Source of the DNA: a virus
Length of the DNA: 64,000 nucleotides
Direction: 5' to 3' (one strand)
IMG/VR virus record: IMGVR_UViG_3300032331_000813
Coordinates: 1-64,000 of that record
The position numbers and the translations under genes were made by a program. Under the pieces are notes generated by a model. It worked only from the letters and a program-made list of their open reading frames with translations. It searched no databases and had not been told where the DNA came from. Position 1 is the stretch's first letter; each line of letters opens with the position of its first letter. Of the stretch, positions 63,077 to 64,000 are shown piece after piece.

Positions 63077-64000
63077 TATTAAAATAGTTTACAGTTGGAT
63101 TGGACCAAAAGGTCCAATCATGAATACAGAATTACCTAACATATTGTGTTTTGCTAATGTGACAACAGATGTGACTGTCAATTCACAAAAATTTTGGGCA
63201 GATGGTTTATATCATAGCGTATTTTTAAATACTGAACCATATCAATTAGCATCTACTATAGATATAAACGAGAATGATACTTTCATATATCCGTTTACGT
63301 TAGCATGGAGGCATTCTATGACAACGTATTTTACTCCATTCAATGGTATATTAGAATACTCACACACCCCTGATAATATAATACATCAAGTTCGTACACA
63401 TAAGGGCTATTTTTTATTAGAATATGCAGTTGAGGCTTTCATTAGGCCGGACCATTTGAGTTTGATTCATACTTATTTCAAAAATTATGATATTCCCTTA
63501 TGTAAAGTAATATATATTACTGGATGCATGAATGCATTAGAGAGATATGAGGTTTGGTGCCAGCAAAACGGTATACCTGATACTCCAAAAGATAGAATTA
63601 AATTAGTATCTTACCCTACTAGTAGGTACAATTTAGCAAGCCATATGTTAAATAACACTGAACCAAATTACAATACAGAGTTTGTTCCTGATAAATTATT
63701 TCTATCTTGGAATAGAAGATTTAGACCTCACCGTACAATACTGACTCTAGCATTAGATAAATTAGAAATAGTAGATAGAAGTTACTTTAGTATGGGTAGA
63801 AATGATCCTGAATTTGGCGATCAATTATTTGAAAACAACCTGTGGGTAAATGTATATAGTCATAATATGTTCAATCTAACCGTTGAAGACCTTAATAAGT
63901 TGTTAGTCAAATTACCTTTAATAGTAGATGGCAAAACTGAAATACATGACATGTGCATAGATAGTTTAAGTGAGGCTAGAACATTTTATCAGAACAGTTT
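63069..64000 (+). CDS. Hypothetical protein, possibly glycosyltransferase-like; 3' truncated by the window edge
   Basis: Not in the ORF track. ATG at 63069 overlaps the previous stop region; reads MNNIKIVYSWIGPKGP...KLFLSWNRRFRPHR... without a stop to the window end. Confidence 0.6.
   Translation, partial: MNNIKIVYSWIGPKGPIMNTELPNILCFANVTTDVTVNSQKFWADGLYHSVFLNTEPYQLASTIDINENDTFIYPFTLAWRHSMTTYFTPFNGILEYSHTPDNIIHQVRTHKGYFLLEYAVEAFIRPDHLSLIHTYFKNYDIPLCKVIYITGCMNALERYEVWCQQNGIPDTPKDRIKLVSYPTSRYNLASHMLNNTEPNYNTEFVPDKLFLSWNRRFRPHRTILTLALDKLEIVDRSYFSMGRNDPEFGDQLFENNLWVNVYSHNMFNLTVEDLNKLLVKLPLIVDGKTEIHDMCIDSLSEARTFYQNS

Noticed and set aside
1-64000. Stop-codon reassignment as seen in some large phages
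   Set aside because: Standard code gives near-complete coding density, including a 23 kb ORF; no genes appear fragmented.

Overview
This AT-rich, gene-dense 64 kb window is the virion-morphogenesis region of a large T4-related tailed phage (contractile-tail baseplate genes); the host cannot be determined from this window. Minus strand at left: scaffold (partial), prohead protease, acidic core protein, portal and a tape-measure-like protein. Next come a gp26-like chaperone with a candidate -1 frameshift extension, a ~490 bp non-coding stretch that looks like a structured minus-strand RNA, and an early-type cassette (late sigma gp55-like, gp47/gp46 nuclease, Holliday-junction resolvase). The plus-strand baseplate module (gp48/54-, gp53-, gp27-, gp5-, gp25-, gp6-like) follows, then a 7,756-aa giant protein and fibre genes. 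The window ends in a tightly coupled, apparently late-expressed operon of glycosyltransferase-like genes and five tandem radical SAM enzymes. TAAATA/TAAGTA late-promoter boxes precede most structural genes. Highlights: (1) the giant protein contains short modules nested recursively up to about six levels deep; (2) a GT plus multi-radical-SAM cluster next to Ser/Thr-rich fibres, a possible virion glycan/modification system; (3) a ~350 nt candidate ncRNA; (4) a T TTT TTC slippery site joining gp26-like and gp51-like ORFs. All family assignments come from motif recognition by eye, not database searches.
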